From Octopus vulgaris (Eukaryota): a stretch of DNA of 64,000 nucleotides. Positions 26,801-42,779 of the stretch are shown piece by piece. Under the pieces are notes generated by a model that had not been told where the DNA came from, searched no databases, and saw nothing but the letters and a program-made list of their open reading frames with translations. Numbering within the stretch: position 1 is the stretch's first letter; the number at the start of each line of letters is the position of its first letter. A program made the position numbers and the translations under genes. The DNA lies in NCBI GenBank assembly GCA_951406725.2, contig OX597840.1:1860001-1924000 (forward strand), given 5' to 3'.

Positions 26801-27013
26801 GAGGTGGTTGGGTTTCGAAAAACGGTTTCCAAGCGATTTATAACTGTGATGGTTTCTGTGTTTCCTTTTAAATCGGTTTTAAATGCCGGCTAACCACAAT
26901 GAATGTTTGTGATACCCGAGTTAGTTCTATGTTATATGACTCCGGTAATTATTCACGCTTCGTAAATCCGAATGTCCTATTCGGGGCAGCATAGTTTCCG
27001 TAGAATAAGTAAT

Positions 27014-27327
27014 GGATCTTTTCGCTTTGACCGGCAGATTTTTAAAATAATTTCTTTGTAACTAAACACTTTTATAACAACACAAATAATTGTTGTTGGC
27101 AAAGATTTGGGGAAATTATATTCACCTCAATAGATGTCATTGATTGGTTGAAATTGCCGAAATGCAAGAAATTGAACAACAAATAGCTTACAAACTACAG
27201 AATTTTCTCAAGAAAGCCAAGAGAAAAAGATGTTTTATGTAACACATTCTACCAGTATACGAAGTTTAAAAGAGTTTAGTTACGTAGAAATTATTTTAAA
27301 AATCTGCCGGTCAAAGCGAAAAGATCC
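27014..27327. mobile_element. MITE, 314 bp, GG...CC termini, 8-bp TSD (Merlin- or hAT-type geometry)
   Basis: TIR GGATCTTTTCGCTTTGACCGGCAGATTTTTAAAATAATTTCT with its exact complement at the right end; TSD TAAGTAAT at 27006-27013 and 27328-27335. Confidence 0.9.
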
Positions 27328-27345
27328 TAAGTAATAATTATTAAT

Positions 27346-27537
27346 GAGAGTTTCCACATCTATAATTTTATTAAATAGCTACAATTACCTGCAGCATTCT
27401 TTTGGGGATCCACACGCGTTTCATCTGCATCACATCATTGTGCAGTTGATGCATTTGAAACGCGTGTAGCTACACGAAACTGTGCTATATATAACTGTAC
27501 ATAGCTGTTTAATAAAATTGTAGATGTAGAAAATCTC
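27346..27537. repeat. Imperfect fold-back, about 190 bp
   Basis: CATCTATAATTTTATTAAATAGCTA pairs with TAGCTGTTTAATAAAATTGTAGATG; ACACGCGTTTCA pairs with TGAAACGCGTGT. Confidence 0.75.
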
Positions 27538-27707
27538 CTTTCCCCCTTAACATTTCATATATATGTGTGTATGTGTGTGTGTACATATATATATGTATAT
27601 ATATTCACACATCCACATATATATTTATACATACATATATATATATATATATATATTTATATGTATATATTCACACACGCACGTATATATTTATATATAC
27701 TTATATA

Positions 27708-27816
<109 letters not shown>

Positions 27817-27825
27817 ATGTATATG

Positions 27826-27956
27826 TAGCTTGCTTACGAACAACATGGTTCAGTCCAACTCCGTGGCACCTTGGGCAAGTGTCTTCTACTATAACCTCGG
27901 GCCGACCAAAGCCTTGTGAGTGGATTTGGTAGACGGAAACTGAAAGAAGTCCGTCA

Positions 27957-27987
<31 letters not shown>

Positions 27988-28209
27988 CTGTGTTTATTCT
28001 GTGTGTATGTGTTTGTCCCCCACCATCGCTTGACAACCGATGCTGGTGTGTTTACCTCCCCGTAACTTAGAGGTTCGGCAAAAAAGAGACCGATAAAATA
28101 AGTACTAGGCTTACAAAGAATAAGTCCTGGGGTCGATTTGATCGACTAAAGGTGGTGCTCCAGTATGGCCACCGTCACATGACTGAAACACGTAAAAGAG
28201 TAAAAGAGT
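27826..28209 (+). mobile_element. SINE family A (5' clipped)
   Basis: Match to family A. Confidence 0.9.
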
Positions 28210-29284
28210 ATGCATACACACATGTATATTTATATAAATATATATATATATATTTAAACACCCACTCATATATATACATTTATGCATATGTATATGTATA
28301 TATGTATATATGTATATATGTCTGTGTGTGTCTATATAATTATGTATGTATATAGATGATGGTGTATGTATATTAATAGAACAATCAGAAACTGAAACTA
28401 ATTATCAGTGTCATGACCACTTCGAACATTAAATCTACAGGTGATTGCGAACAAAACACACCTGCGGGTATGCAACCGCCCCCACCCAACACCCACAAAC
28501 GCACACACACACACACACAAATACACACAAACTGGCACGCGCACAAAGAAAGCGACTTTCTTCTGCGAGCATTATGTCGTACGAAACATAATATTCATCA
28601 CAAGAGTTAAATCTATTTCAGACAAAGCTTCGTTTAATATTTTCCGTCTCCTCAAACCATTTTCCCTATTTTTTTCATTATATATTAAGAAACACCTTTT
28701 AAGTCTTTGATCTTTAGCGGTTCCTTTTTGATCTTTGTACAAGTTTTTTTCTTCCCTTTTTTTTCTTTTTTTTTTTTGAAGAGGTGCTTATTTGGTTTCA
28801 TTTTTAAGACATTGTAGGAATTCTCCTTATCGAACTGGCGAGATTGTTGAATAAAGAAGACTGGAAATGATTGGCAGTATATATACTCCACTCTTCAAAG
28901 AACGAAGCTATGTTATCTGTCATTGGTTGCTTCAGTCGTGAACCTTGCTCATCAGGAGACTGCCATGTTTAAACACGATTTTTTGCCGGGGTCGGTTGTC
29001 AAGCGACATTAGGGCCACACACACAAACACACACACATAACACACACACACACACACACGCACACACACAGACACACACAGACACACACAGACACACACA
29101 TATATATATATATAGACGTATATACGACGGGCTTCTTTCAGTTTCCGTCTACCAAATACACTAACAAGGCTTTGCTCAACCCGAGGCTAGTAGAAGACAC
29201 TTGCCCATCGTGCCACGCAGTGGGACTGAACCCAGAACCATGTGGTTGGTAAGCCAGCTACTTATCACACAGCCACTCCTACGC

Positions 29285-29376
<92 letters not shown>

Positions 29377-29585
29377 GTGTCTGTGTGTGTCCTCCTAATA
29401 TCGCTTGACAACCGATGGTGGTGTGTTTAACACCCCGTAACTTAGTGGTTTGGCAAAAGACACCGATAGAATAAGTACTAGGCTTACAAAAAATAAGTCC
29501 TGGGGTCGATTTGCCCCCGATTAAGGGCAGTACTCCAACATGGCCACAGTCAAATGAGTGAAACAAGTAAAAGAGTAAAGAGCAA

Positions 29586-29620
<35 letters not shown>

Positions 29621-30849
29621 GCGCAGGAGTGGCTGTGTGGTAAGTAGCTTGTTTACCAACCACATGGTTTCGGGTTCAGTCCCACTGCGTGGCACCTTGG
29701 GCAAGTGTGTTCTACTATAGCCATGGGCCGACCAAAGCCTTGTGAGTGGATTTGGTAGACAGAAACTGAAAGAAGCCCGCCGTATATATGTATATATGCG
29801 TGTGTGTGTTTGTGTGTTTGTGTTTGCCCCCTAGCATTGCTTGACAACCGATGCTGGTGTGTTTATGTCCCTGTTACTTAGCGGTTCGGCAAAAAAGAGA
29901 CCGATAAAATAAGTACTAGGCTTACAAAGAATAAGTCCTGGGGTCGATTTGATCGACTAAAGGTGGTGCTCCAGTATGGCCACCGTCACATGACTGAAAC
30001 ACGTAAAAGAGTAAAAGAGTATGCATACACACATGTATATTTATATAAATATATATATATATATATTTAAACACCCACTCATATATATACATTTATGCAT
30101 ATGTATATGTATATATGTATATATGTATATATGTCTGTGTGTGTCTATATAATTATGTATGTATATAGATGATGGTGTATGTATATTAATAGAACAATCA
30201 GAAACTGAAACTAATTATCAGTGTCATGACCACTTCGAACATTAAATCTACAGGTGATTGCGAACAAAACACACCTGCGGGTATGCAACCGCCCCCACCC
30301 AACACCCACAAACGCACACACACACACACACAAATACACACAAACTGGCACGCGCACAAAGAAAGCGACTTTCTTCTGCGAGCATTATGTCGTACGAAAC
30401 ATAATATTCATCACAAGAGTTAAATCTATTTCAGACAAAGCTTCGTTTAATATTTTCCGTCTCCTCAAACCATTTTCCCTATTTTTTTCATTATATATTA
30501 AGAAACACCTTTTAAGTCTTTGATCTTTAGCGGTTCCTTTTTGATCTTTGTACAAGTTTTTTTCTTCCCTTTTTTTTTTTTTTTTTTTTTGAAGAGGTGC
30601 TTATTTGGTTTCATTTTTAAGACATTGTAGGAATTCTCCTTATCGAACTGGCGAGATTGTTGAATAAAGAAGACTGGAAATGATTGGCAGTATATATACT
30701 CCACTCTTCAAAGAACGAAGCTATGTTATCTGTCATTGGTTGCTTCAGTCGTGAACCTTGCTCATCAGGAGACTGCCATGTTTAAACACGATTTTTTGCC
30801 GGGGTCGGTTGTCAAGCGACATTAGGGCCACACACACAAACACACACAC

Positions 30850-30890
<41 letters not shown>

Positions 30891-31099
30891 ACACAGACAC
30901 ACACAGACACACACATATATATATATATAGACGTATATACGACGGGCTTCTTTCAGTTTCCGTCTACCAAATACACTAACAAGGCTTTGCTCAACCCGAG
31001 GCTAGTAGAAGACACTTGCCCATCGTGCCACGCAGTGGGACTGAACCCAGAACCATGTGGTTGGTAAGCCAGCTACTTATCACACAGCCACTCCTACGC

Positions 31100-31193
<94 letters not shown>

Positions 31194-31401
31194 GTGTCTG
31201 TGTGTGTCCTCCTAATATCGCTTGACAACCGATGGTGGTGTGTTTAACACCCCGTAACTTAGTGGTTTGGCAAAAGACACCGATAGAATAAGTACTAGGC
31301 TTACAAAAATAAGTCCTGGGGTCGATTTGCCCCCGATTAAGGGCAGTACTCCAACATGGCCACAGTCAAATGAGTGAAACAAGTAAAAGAGTAAAGAGCA
31401 A

Positions 31402-31436
<35 letters not shown>

Positions 31437-31711
31437 GCGCAGGAGTGGCTGTGTGGTAAGTAGCTTGTTTACCAACCACATGGTTTCGGGTTCAGTCCCA
31501 CTGCGTGGCACCTTGGGCAAGTGTGTTCTACTATAGCCATGGGCCGACCAAAGCCTTGTGAGTGGATTTGGTAGACAGAAACTGAAAGAAGCCCGCCGTA
31601 TATATGTATATATGCGTGTGTGTGTTTGTGTGTTTGTGTTTGCCCCCCTAGCATTGCTTGACAACCGATGCTGGTGTGTTTATGTCCCTGTTACTTAGCG
31701 GTTCGGCAAAA
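28072..31711. repeat. Near-identical tandem duplication, unit about 1.81 kb, bounded by family A SINEs
   Basis: Identical ORF-track translations at 28413/30226 and 28441/30254 (offset 1813); each unit carries SINE A pieces (28992-29286 minus, 29380-29583 plus; 30800-31100 minus, 31190-31398 plus). Confidence 0.95.
29619..30020 (+). mobile_element. SINE family A, chimeric junction copy
   Basis: 5' half matches 31435-31711; 3' half matches 28072-28209. Confidence 0.9.
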
Positions 31712-31845
31712 TAGACCCATAGAATAAGTACTGGGCTTACAAAAATAATAAGTCCCGGGGCCGAGTTGCTCGATTAAAGGCGGTGCTCCAGCATGGCCGC
31801 AGTCAAATGACTGAAACAAGTAAAAGAGTAAAAGAGTAAAAGAGT
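31435..31845 (+). mobile_element. SINE family A, full length
   Basis: GGCGCAGGAG head through a (GTAAAAGA)n tail. Confidence 0.9.
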
Positions 31846-32469
31846 ATATATATACGCAGACAAATCCATACATACATCCACCTTCCATCCATTCGTCCAG
31901 CTGTCCAGCCACCCTTCCCGTTATCCTTACTTATATACAGTGAAAGACAAAACAAAATTCATCTGTGTATCCCACGCCATCGTCACTCCAGTCCTCGAGT
32001 CAATGTACGAATATACCGAATAATGAAAGGCTAAAATGAGGAAGAACTGGGAAATGGAGGAGTGGGCAAGAATGACCTGATAAGTAGAGAGAAACGATGA
32101 TTGGAGGCGGTGCAGGTGAAAGGAATGGAGTAGGAGTTGAAGGAGATGTGGTGATGGTGTAGCAAACAGAAGGAGGAATAGGAAGAGGAACGTAACTATT
32201 GAATTTTCTAATTATTTTCATTTCTAGATTTATATAATACAATTACAGAAGAACTTACGTTGATTGATTTTATCGATCATATATCAGTACTATACATACA
32301 CTTAGATGCGTACACACAAACATATATATATATATATATATATATGCACATACAGGCATACGTACTAAGAGATGCAAATAGATAAATGGATGGATATAAT
32401 GTGTGGATGTCTTTGTGTGAGTTTCTCATATGTGTATGCATGTATGATATAGATTCTACCTACCTACTC

Positions 32470-32549
<80 letters not shown>

Positions 32550-33285
32550 ATGTTTGTGTGTGTGTGTATATATGTATATATATATATGTATGTATGCATA
32601 TATAGGTAGGTATGTATATATAGATATATATGTATGTATGTATATATATGCATTTATGTTATGTATTATATATTTATGTATGTATATACTAGTATATAAA
32701 TACATATAACTTCTGTTCTTCTTTAACTTCTGCTGGTGTTTGACGAATATGGCTACCTGATCTACTAAACGGTCGTGAAACCTGAAAAATCTGAAGTAAC
32801 GACGTACGTCATAACACGAATAAATACAATTATACTCTTTATTACGTACTGCGTACCATATTTAGATGTACAGATATACGAATACATACACACACATATC
32901 TATATGGTCTTTACCGTTTTATCTTTGTCTGGGTTATATCTGGTTTCTGCTGTGCGCATGATGGCCTGATGATAGCTATCTCAAATTACTGAGACAGTTT
33001 GCCGTGACAAGCATGGTAAAAAGACCAGTACTATTTGGGCTGTAGGTTTTCTCATAAAATGTCGGCACTCAGCCGAAGGCTTCGTCAAAATTAACGAGAG
33101 CTTCCTCTAACCAGCAAATGACTATTTGATACAGAAATGGGTCCCTGACGGTTGTTAAGATTTCGGATCAGAACTGACCTGGGAATATTGCTAATTAGGG
33201 ATTACGGCGACCCCTTGTATGTATATATACATACCTCACATAGATAGATATAGGGAGATTTAAAGATATACATGTGCGTGCGTAT

Positions 33286-33337
<52 letters not shown>

Positions 33338-33744
33338 ATTAAACCACTGTTGTGGTTGAATATATTCTTAAGTCCACAACTACGTCAATCGCAGCATCTT
33401 CCAAACTTCACCACTTATTTAGGTCTCAAATAAATTGCAAACTGTTTTAAATAGTTTTACAGAGGACACCTCCTCAGCTACACTTTGGCATAAAGAGTTT
33501 GAGATTTTGTTCAGTAGAAAAAAAGTTACATCGAAATACCTGCTACCTCAAGGAGGGCAGTAAGGCAGATATTCATTTTCAATTAACATATACTTGTTAA
33601 TTTTAAACTAAAAGTATGCTTTTTTTAGGCTTAAATGATAGAAAAATGCACGAGGAATTCATAATTGTTAGTCGCATTGAACAAAAATTAGTAGAAAATC
33701 TGTTATGAGGTAAAACGTTACGAAATTTAATGTTAGTAAGTAAG

Positions 33745-35664
33745 TAAGGGAGTAACGCTTAAGCAATAAGGATAAATAATTTATTTCTAAAATGAATACT
33801 TACAACCTAAAGCGGTTATCTGGCAGAGACGTTAACGCGCCGGGCGAAGTACTTAGGGGTATTTTAAATTTCGCTGATGTCGACTTTGACGTACATATAT
33901 TTTAATTATTTTTTATTTTAACTAAACCCTTTCAAACTTCCCATACTGCTAGAATATGTCACATAGAACTGGATTTACTCTTAACGATTTTGACAAAATT
34001 TTGTATATTAAAGGCGGTATTTCGTCTGTCTTTAGGTTCTGAGTTCAAATCCCGCCGAGGTCGACTTTATCTTTCATCCATTTCGGATCTACTCAATTCG
34101 ATGTTTTTGACAAAATTTTGTATTTTAGAAGCGGTATTTCGTCTGTCTTTAGGTTCTGAGTTCAAATCCCGCCGAGGTCGACTTTATCTTTCATCCATTT
34201 CGGATCTACTCAATTCGATGTTTTTGACAAAATTTTGTATTTTAGAAGGTATTTCGACGGAAATTAGAGAGTGACAATGGACAAATCCGTGTTTGATAAG
34301 TGCCAATAGACGAAAATCTCAGCTTTTGACTTACTTTCTAACTTCTGCCGGTGATGTATAAACACATATCACATATATGTGCAAAAAATCTTATCACGCA
34401 ATCAAAGCAATGAAAGATCCTCTAACTGGTCGCTCAACACGCTAAAAATAGCAGTCAACGTATCCCCCTACCTAAATCACACGCCCATTGTATGAAATGG
34501 CCTACATTATCCCTAAAAAGACGGTTTGCTGAAGGCTAGAATGTCTTTGATGATAGGTTTGCAGTATCAGATTTGATTTGAGGCTACATAGCAACATTAT
34601 GGTAATACACGCTCGATTTTCACTAAGAAAATAGGGAATTTGATTTTTTTGTGTGGAATCAAGTACCCTGACCTCATTATATGTTGCAAATCCCCTTATT
34701 TTGGTCCGAAAACATGTGGTGGTGTGTTCTCCACCAATCCCGGAAGATATTTTCCGTTGAATGAATTTATGTGACCTCCTAGTATTGCAAAATTTGGTTA
34801 CTTAACGTAACTGATGGTTTTGTAGTGTTGTTGTGTGTGACTTCTCGTGAGCCCTGGTGCAACCAACAACATGGTAAAATTCCCTGCCATTAATTTGGTG
34901 CGGATGGGTAATATTAAATAATTCAATTATAACATATATTTAAATTAAACATGAAGAAAACTGAAATATTATTATCACTTACATGGAAAAATTGAAATAT
35001 TATCTTTCAGTAGTTTATAAGGTAAAATCTTGAATTATTAATTGACACATTAGGTAGGGGGATACGTTGACTGCTATTTTTAGCGTGTTGAGCGACCAGT
35101 TAGAGGCTCTTTCATTGCTTCGATTGCGTGATAAGATTTTTTGCACATATATGGAGTATGTGTTTATACATCACCGGCAGAAGTTAGAAAGTAAGTCAAA
35201 AGCTGAGATTTTCGTCTATTGGCACTTATCAAACACGGATTTGTCCATTGTCACTCTCTAATTTCCGTCGAAATAACTTCTAAAATACAAAATTTTGTCA
35301 AAAACATCTAATTGAGTAGATCCGAAATGGATGAAAGATAAAGTCGACCTCGGCGGGATTTGAAGTCAGAACCTAAAGACAGACGAAATACCGCTTTTAA
35401 TAAACAAAATTTTGTCAAAATCGTTAAGAGTAAATCCAGTTCTATGTGACATATTCTAGCAGAATGGAAAGTTTGAATGTGTTTAGTTAAAATAAAAAAA
35501 TAATTAAAATATATGTACGTCAAAGTCGACATCAGCGAAATTTGAAATACCCCAAAGTATTTCGCCCGGCGCGTTAACGCCTCTGCCAGATCACCGCTTT
35601 AGGATGTAAGTGTTCATTTTAGAAATAAATTCTTTATCCTTATTGCTTAAGCGTTGCTCCCTTA
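33745..35664. repeat. Large inverted repeat (arms 33745-34475 and 35050-35664, spacer about 575 bp)
   Basis: Arms are reverse-complementary along their length; the left arm has an extra 117-bp tandem copy; arms contain SINE B fragments. Confidence 0.9.
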
Positions 35665-35696
35665 TCATAAAACAGCAATGTCTGGAAAAATCATGG

Positions 35697-36220
35697 ATTA
35701 CATGGAAAAATGCGAGCATAAAAAGTCATATTCTTAAGATTATAAACCTGGAAAAGTACAGGAAAGCTTATTACACCTGTAAAAGAATAGGACAAGCTAT
35801 TACGTCTAGTAAATTAAAGAATGAGAAACTTCTTTACTTAAAATTTTGCAGCTAAAACTGAAATTTGAATATTAAAACTTATTTTACTTTAGTTTACAAA
35901 TAACACGATACTTATTTAAGTAGAATTTGGCTAATTTATTACCTTAAATACAGAAAAAGTGACTAATTAGACAAACTTACAAATTAGCTGAACAGTTTTG
36001 TACAATAAAATTACAAGATCAGAAGTGTAAGAAGTGATAAATTAGAAGAACTGGCATTCTTTGCTGCAATATTTTAAGTAAAAAGTTTCTTATTTTTTTT
36101 TACTTTACTAGAAGTGATAGCTTGTTCTATACTTTTACAGGTGTAGTAACTTGTCAAGTACTTTTCCAGGTTTATAATCTTAAGAATATTACTTTTCATG
36201 CTCGCAGTTTTCCATGTAAT
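35697..36220. mobile_element. MITE-like element with about 155-bp imperfect TIRs
   Basis: ATTACATGGAAAAATGCGAGCAT...TTTTGCAGC against GCTGCAATA...ATGCTCGCAGTTTTCCATGTAAT; possible TA TSD. Confidence 0.75.
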
Positions 36221-36590
36221 TAATGCTTACATTGATATGAGCGTATGGATGAGTGCTTTGTGTGTGTGTTTGTGTGTGAGTAAGTGTATGCGTTTGTGTA
36301 TGTGTGTGTGTGTTTATCTGTGTATGTGTCAATTAATATCAGAACCCATAAGCAATCTCCATGGTTAAATTTCCGCACGGTTTGTTCGAACCAGAGTACA
36401 CGCCCTCGTGAAGCAAACATATTTACTCCACTGCCACGATGGCATCGCATGCGCACACCTGCAGGTATATACGTATTCACATACGTGTGTGTATGTGTGG
36501 GTGAATGCAAGTATTTGTATATAAACGACATATGATATGAGTAGACACACGCGTATATATGCTCAAATCAACACGTACGTATACGCATAA

Positions 36591-36621
<31 letters not shown>

Positions 36622-37227
36622 TAAACATGCACATAAATATATATATGCTTATATAAAACATGTTTATATATGTGTATATATATATGTGTGTGTGTGTATA
36701 GATAGATATATATATATATATATATATATGTACTTATATACACACATATAGATATATTTTTGTATAAAAGCATATATGCATATATATGTATACATATATA
36801 CACGTATATACCTCTGGATTGCTCTGACGTTTATACACGTTAATGATTTTCACTGAGACTAAATGTGTTCGTTCCTTGTATGGTTTCTCCTATGATTGCG
36901 AGGAATCCTACAAAATGGCCAAGCAATTACAGCAGTTCAAATGGTTGGGGCAGTGGAGGTGATGACTGACTGACGTTGTATTTAACCTCAACTAAGTATC
37001 TCCGTATATGTGTGTATGTACAAATACATGTATGTATGCATGTAATTATATACGTATGCATATACACACAAAGAGAGAAAGAGACAGGCAGACAAATCTA
37101 GATAGATAGATAGATATTTAGATACGTACATTGATAGACAGGCATACACATAGACACATTGAGAGAGAAACAGGTAGATAGACAATTAGATGGCTATATG
37201 GATATATATATATATATATTCTTATAA

Positions 37228-37282
<55 letters not shown>

Positions 37283-37462
37283 AGCATATATATATATAGA
37301 TATATATATATGCATACATACATATATATATATATATAAATATATTTATACAGATATACCCTTAGAGATATAATTATCATATATACGTATACGTAACTAC
37401 ATATCTATACATCTCTCTCCCTTCCTCTTTCTCTCTCTCTGTATGCATACATATATATATAC

Positions 37463-37530
<68 letters not shown>

Positions 37531-37584
37531 TATATATATTCTCTCTCATAGTTGTGTGTATATATATAAATATATATATACACC

Positions 37585-37638
<54 letters not shown>

Positions 37639-38145
37639 TGCATACAACACTGTAGCTATTCTTGTCTTCTTAACTGCAAGACCTTTTCAAATAAAAGATA
37701 GAAAATAGATTTCTCCTGACGAAATACAGATTTAATCTATTACGATTATTATTAACCTGAAATTTCAGAATCTTAAATTCACATAATGCTTCGCTTGTAT
37801 TTACATTATTTCCATGGCTGTAACATTTATAATAATTCAAAAGGAAAACACGGGAAAAATTCGTAAATTTTTCAAATTACGTGCTATATGCAGTTGGTAT
37901 GCTTTCCAAGCACCGGGTTTTCGGTTCAATTCTGCTAAGAGCCAATTTAGTTACGGGTTTAGTTCTATAGGCTCTGGCCCTTAAAAAACATTGTCCTTTT
38001 GCTGGATGGAGATAGGAATTGGTTCTCTCTATATGACTGAATGAATGAGTGCATGCAAGTATGCATGTATATGTGTGCATATATGTATGTGTGTATGTAC
38101 ATGTGTAAGAATATGTGTAAACATATATATAGATATAGATATATA

Positions 38146-38374
38146 GCGGCGAGCTGGCAGAAACGTTAGCGCGCCGGGCGAAATCCTTAGCAGTATTTCG
38201 TCTGTCGTTACGTTCTGAGTTCAAATTCAGCCGAAGTCGACTTTGCCTTTCATCCTTTCGTGTCGATAAATAAAGTACCAGTTTCGCACTGGCGTCGATG
38301 TAATCGACTTAACCTCTTTGTCTGTCCTTGTTTCTCCCCTCTATGTTTGGCCCCTGCTGGGCAGTAAAGAAATA
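38146..38374 (+). mobile_element. SINE family B, full length
   Basis: GCGGCGAGCTGGCAGAAACGTTAGC through GGGCAGTAAAGAAATA. Confidence 0.9.
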
Positions 38375-38477
38375 TATATGTGTGCGCGTGTGTGTATGAG
38401 TGTGTGTGACCGTTTCTGTGTCTGATTGAGTGTTTGTGTATCGCTCATTTTCTTGTATCACTCATACTTGAAAATAC

Positions 38478-38670
38478 AGGTACAACAGAAACAGGAAGTA
38501 AGAGTGAGAGAAAGTTGTGGTGAAAGAGAACAGCAGGGATCACCACCATCCCCTGTCGTGGAGCTTTAGGTGTTTTCGCTCAATAAACACTCACAACGCC
38601 CGGTCTAGGAATCGAAACCGCGATCCTATGACCGCGAGTCCGCTGCCCTAACCACTGGGCCATTGCGCCT
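38478..38670 (-). mobile_element. SINE family C, 5' part
   Basis: Matches 1260-1445. Confidence 0.85.
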
Positions 38671-38727
38671 CCCCATGAGATTCTTATGGGCGTGTAATCA
38701 TTATATATACATCAGTATATTAAAAGT

Positions 38728-39055
38728 CACTTGCGCAAGGTGCCACACAGTAGGACTGAACCAGAATCCTTGTTGTTGGGAAGCAAGCTTCTTACCACAT
38801 GGACACGCTGGCGCCTATAAATGCAGTTTTTTAAATTTTTTCTTGTATTTGTTTCAGGCATTTGACTGCGGCCATGATGGAGCACCTCTTTTAGTCGAGC
38901 AAATCGCTCACAGGATTTATTCTTTCTAAGCCTAGTACTTAATCTATCAATCTCTGTTGTCGAACCGTTAGGTGACTGGGACTTAAACACACCAGCATCG
39001 TTTGTCAAGCGATGTTGAGGGGTCAGACATAGACATACAAACACACACACACACG

Positions 39056-39107
<52 letters not shown>

Positions 39108-39276
39108 AATATATACGACAAGTTTCTTTCATTTCCGTCCACCAAATCCACCACAAGTATTTGGTCGACCCGAGGCTATAGTAATAGACAATTTCCGAAG
39201 GTGCTACGCAGTGGGATTGGGATTGAACCCGGAACGATGTGGTTGCTGAGAAAGCTACTTACCACACAGCCACTCC

Positions 39277-39278
<2 letters not shown>
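38728..39278 (-). mobile_element. SINE family A: head fragment (38728-38817) and full copy (38843-39278)
   Basis: Match to family A. Confidence 0.85.
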
Positions 39279-39363
<85 letters not shown>

Positions 39364-39365
<2 letters not shown>

Positions 39366-39562
39366 CGGGAAGGTTTACGAAAATAAACAAAAGAAGAAGG
39401 CAGGTGGAGTATAAACAAACAAATGTATTAGTATGATGCTCAGGAATAGAGATAGAACAAGTCTTTTACGTTTCGAGCCTACGCTCTTCGTCAGAAAGAT
39501 ACACAGAAAAAAACAAGGAGAGAAAAAAAAATGTGTGTAGGAGCTAACGGTCTATCATGGCG

Positions 39563-39563
<1 letters not shown>
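39364..39563 (-). mobile_element. Hammerhead element family H2 (~200 bp) in (TA)n
   Basis: Homologous to 15634-15820 and 14092-14205; (TA)n on both sides. Confidence 0.8.
39462..39499 (-). ncRNA. Minimal type I hammerhead ribozyme motif, intact
   Basis: UCUUU CUGACGA A GAGC GUAG GCUC GAAAC GUA AAAGA: 5-bp stem I, 4-bp stem II, GUA cleavage triplet. Confidence 0.8.
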
Positions 39564-39602
<39 letters not shown>

Positions 39603-39732
39603 GAAGTCTATGATGACAAAGTATCCTACCTGTTGTCATATAGTAACGATGCTAAAGCACGCAGCGTATATTCCGCCTATAATAGTGACTATAATTGAAA
39701 GAATTATTATTATTATTATTATTATTATTATT

Positions 39733-40549
<817 letters not shown>

Positions 40550-40557
40550 CATTATAT

Positions 40558-40623
<66 letters not shown>

Positions 40624-41085
40624 TCATTTCTTTTACCATGACATGCGATCCCGGTACATTTATCCAGTATCCTTCATCGGGGCATGTAAACCGAGTCAGA
40701 AAAGATGTTTCTGGTCACAAGAAAAGCGAACATCTTTAGAAATAAAATGCTTGGCCGTATACTTAGCTCATTCGTGTATCTGGGTAACTTGTTCGGAATG
40801 TAGCCAAGGATACCAATTACAATTGGCAAAGATGTAATTCGTTTGTTCCGCATTCTTAAAATTTCAAATTAATGCAGCGAATAATCACCAGCGTCTTCCT
40901 ACTCGTTTACCATTATTATTAACGTTGTTCTTATTGTGGTTGCTGTTGTTTTTATTATTGCCATTACGATTATTATGGACGAAGCACGGCCTGGTGTTTA
41001 GAGTATCGTAATCACGATCGCGAGATTGTGGTTTCAATTCTTGGGAACGATTTCGTCATTGTGTTCTTGAGCAAAATACTTCACG

Positions 41086-41349
<264 letters not shown>

Positions 41350-41363
41350 TTACTATTATTATT

Positions 41364-42236
<873 letters not shown>

Positions 42237-42324
42237 CATTATTATTATTATTATTATTATTGTTATTATTATTATTATTATTGTTCAGGTCACTGCTTGG
42301 AATCGAACTCGGAATCTTGGGGCA

Positions 42325-42505
42325 CGAGATCAGTAATTTCGCTGAAAGGAGTAAGTCGATTAGATTAATCAGCAATGTCCAACTGTTACTTATTTTATCG
42401 ACCCAGGGCAAAGATGACTTCTGTTGAATTTGATCGCACAACATAAACATGGATGCCGATAAGTATCCCGCCCAGCCCAGCATACTAAATATTCTGCCAG
42501 CTCAT
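42325..42505 (-). mobile_element. Diverged SINE family B
   Basis: TAAGTCGATTA...TTATCGACCC...TTCTGCCAGCTC. Confidence 0.65.
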
Positions 42506-42779
42506 TACCTCTGCATTACCAAATATTAAACTTCCGTTTAACGGTTCTCATTTAGAGGACATTTAGTGACTACATCTAGGGGATTATATGCCTATGTGAA
42601 TCTCATGGTATTGGCTCGTTAGATTTATAAACAGTTGCTATATTATTCTCATAGCCAGCCGCAATACCATTCCTAATAGCAAAATAGCATTCATTCTTTA
42701 AATGTATTTCTTAAAAAATCCTGCTAAAAATTATTTAGAAAATGAATGCATTTTAAAATTATAAAACCGTATTTTCATT

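Noticed and set aside
32728-33095. Hammerhead-like fragments (UUGACGA..GAAAC..GUA near 32740; CUGAUGA plus stem near 32966; minus-strand UUGACGA near 33085)
   Set aside because: Cores are uncompensated or lack GAAA and stems are weak; they may be decayed relatives but are not supportable alone.
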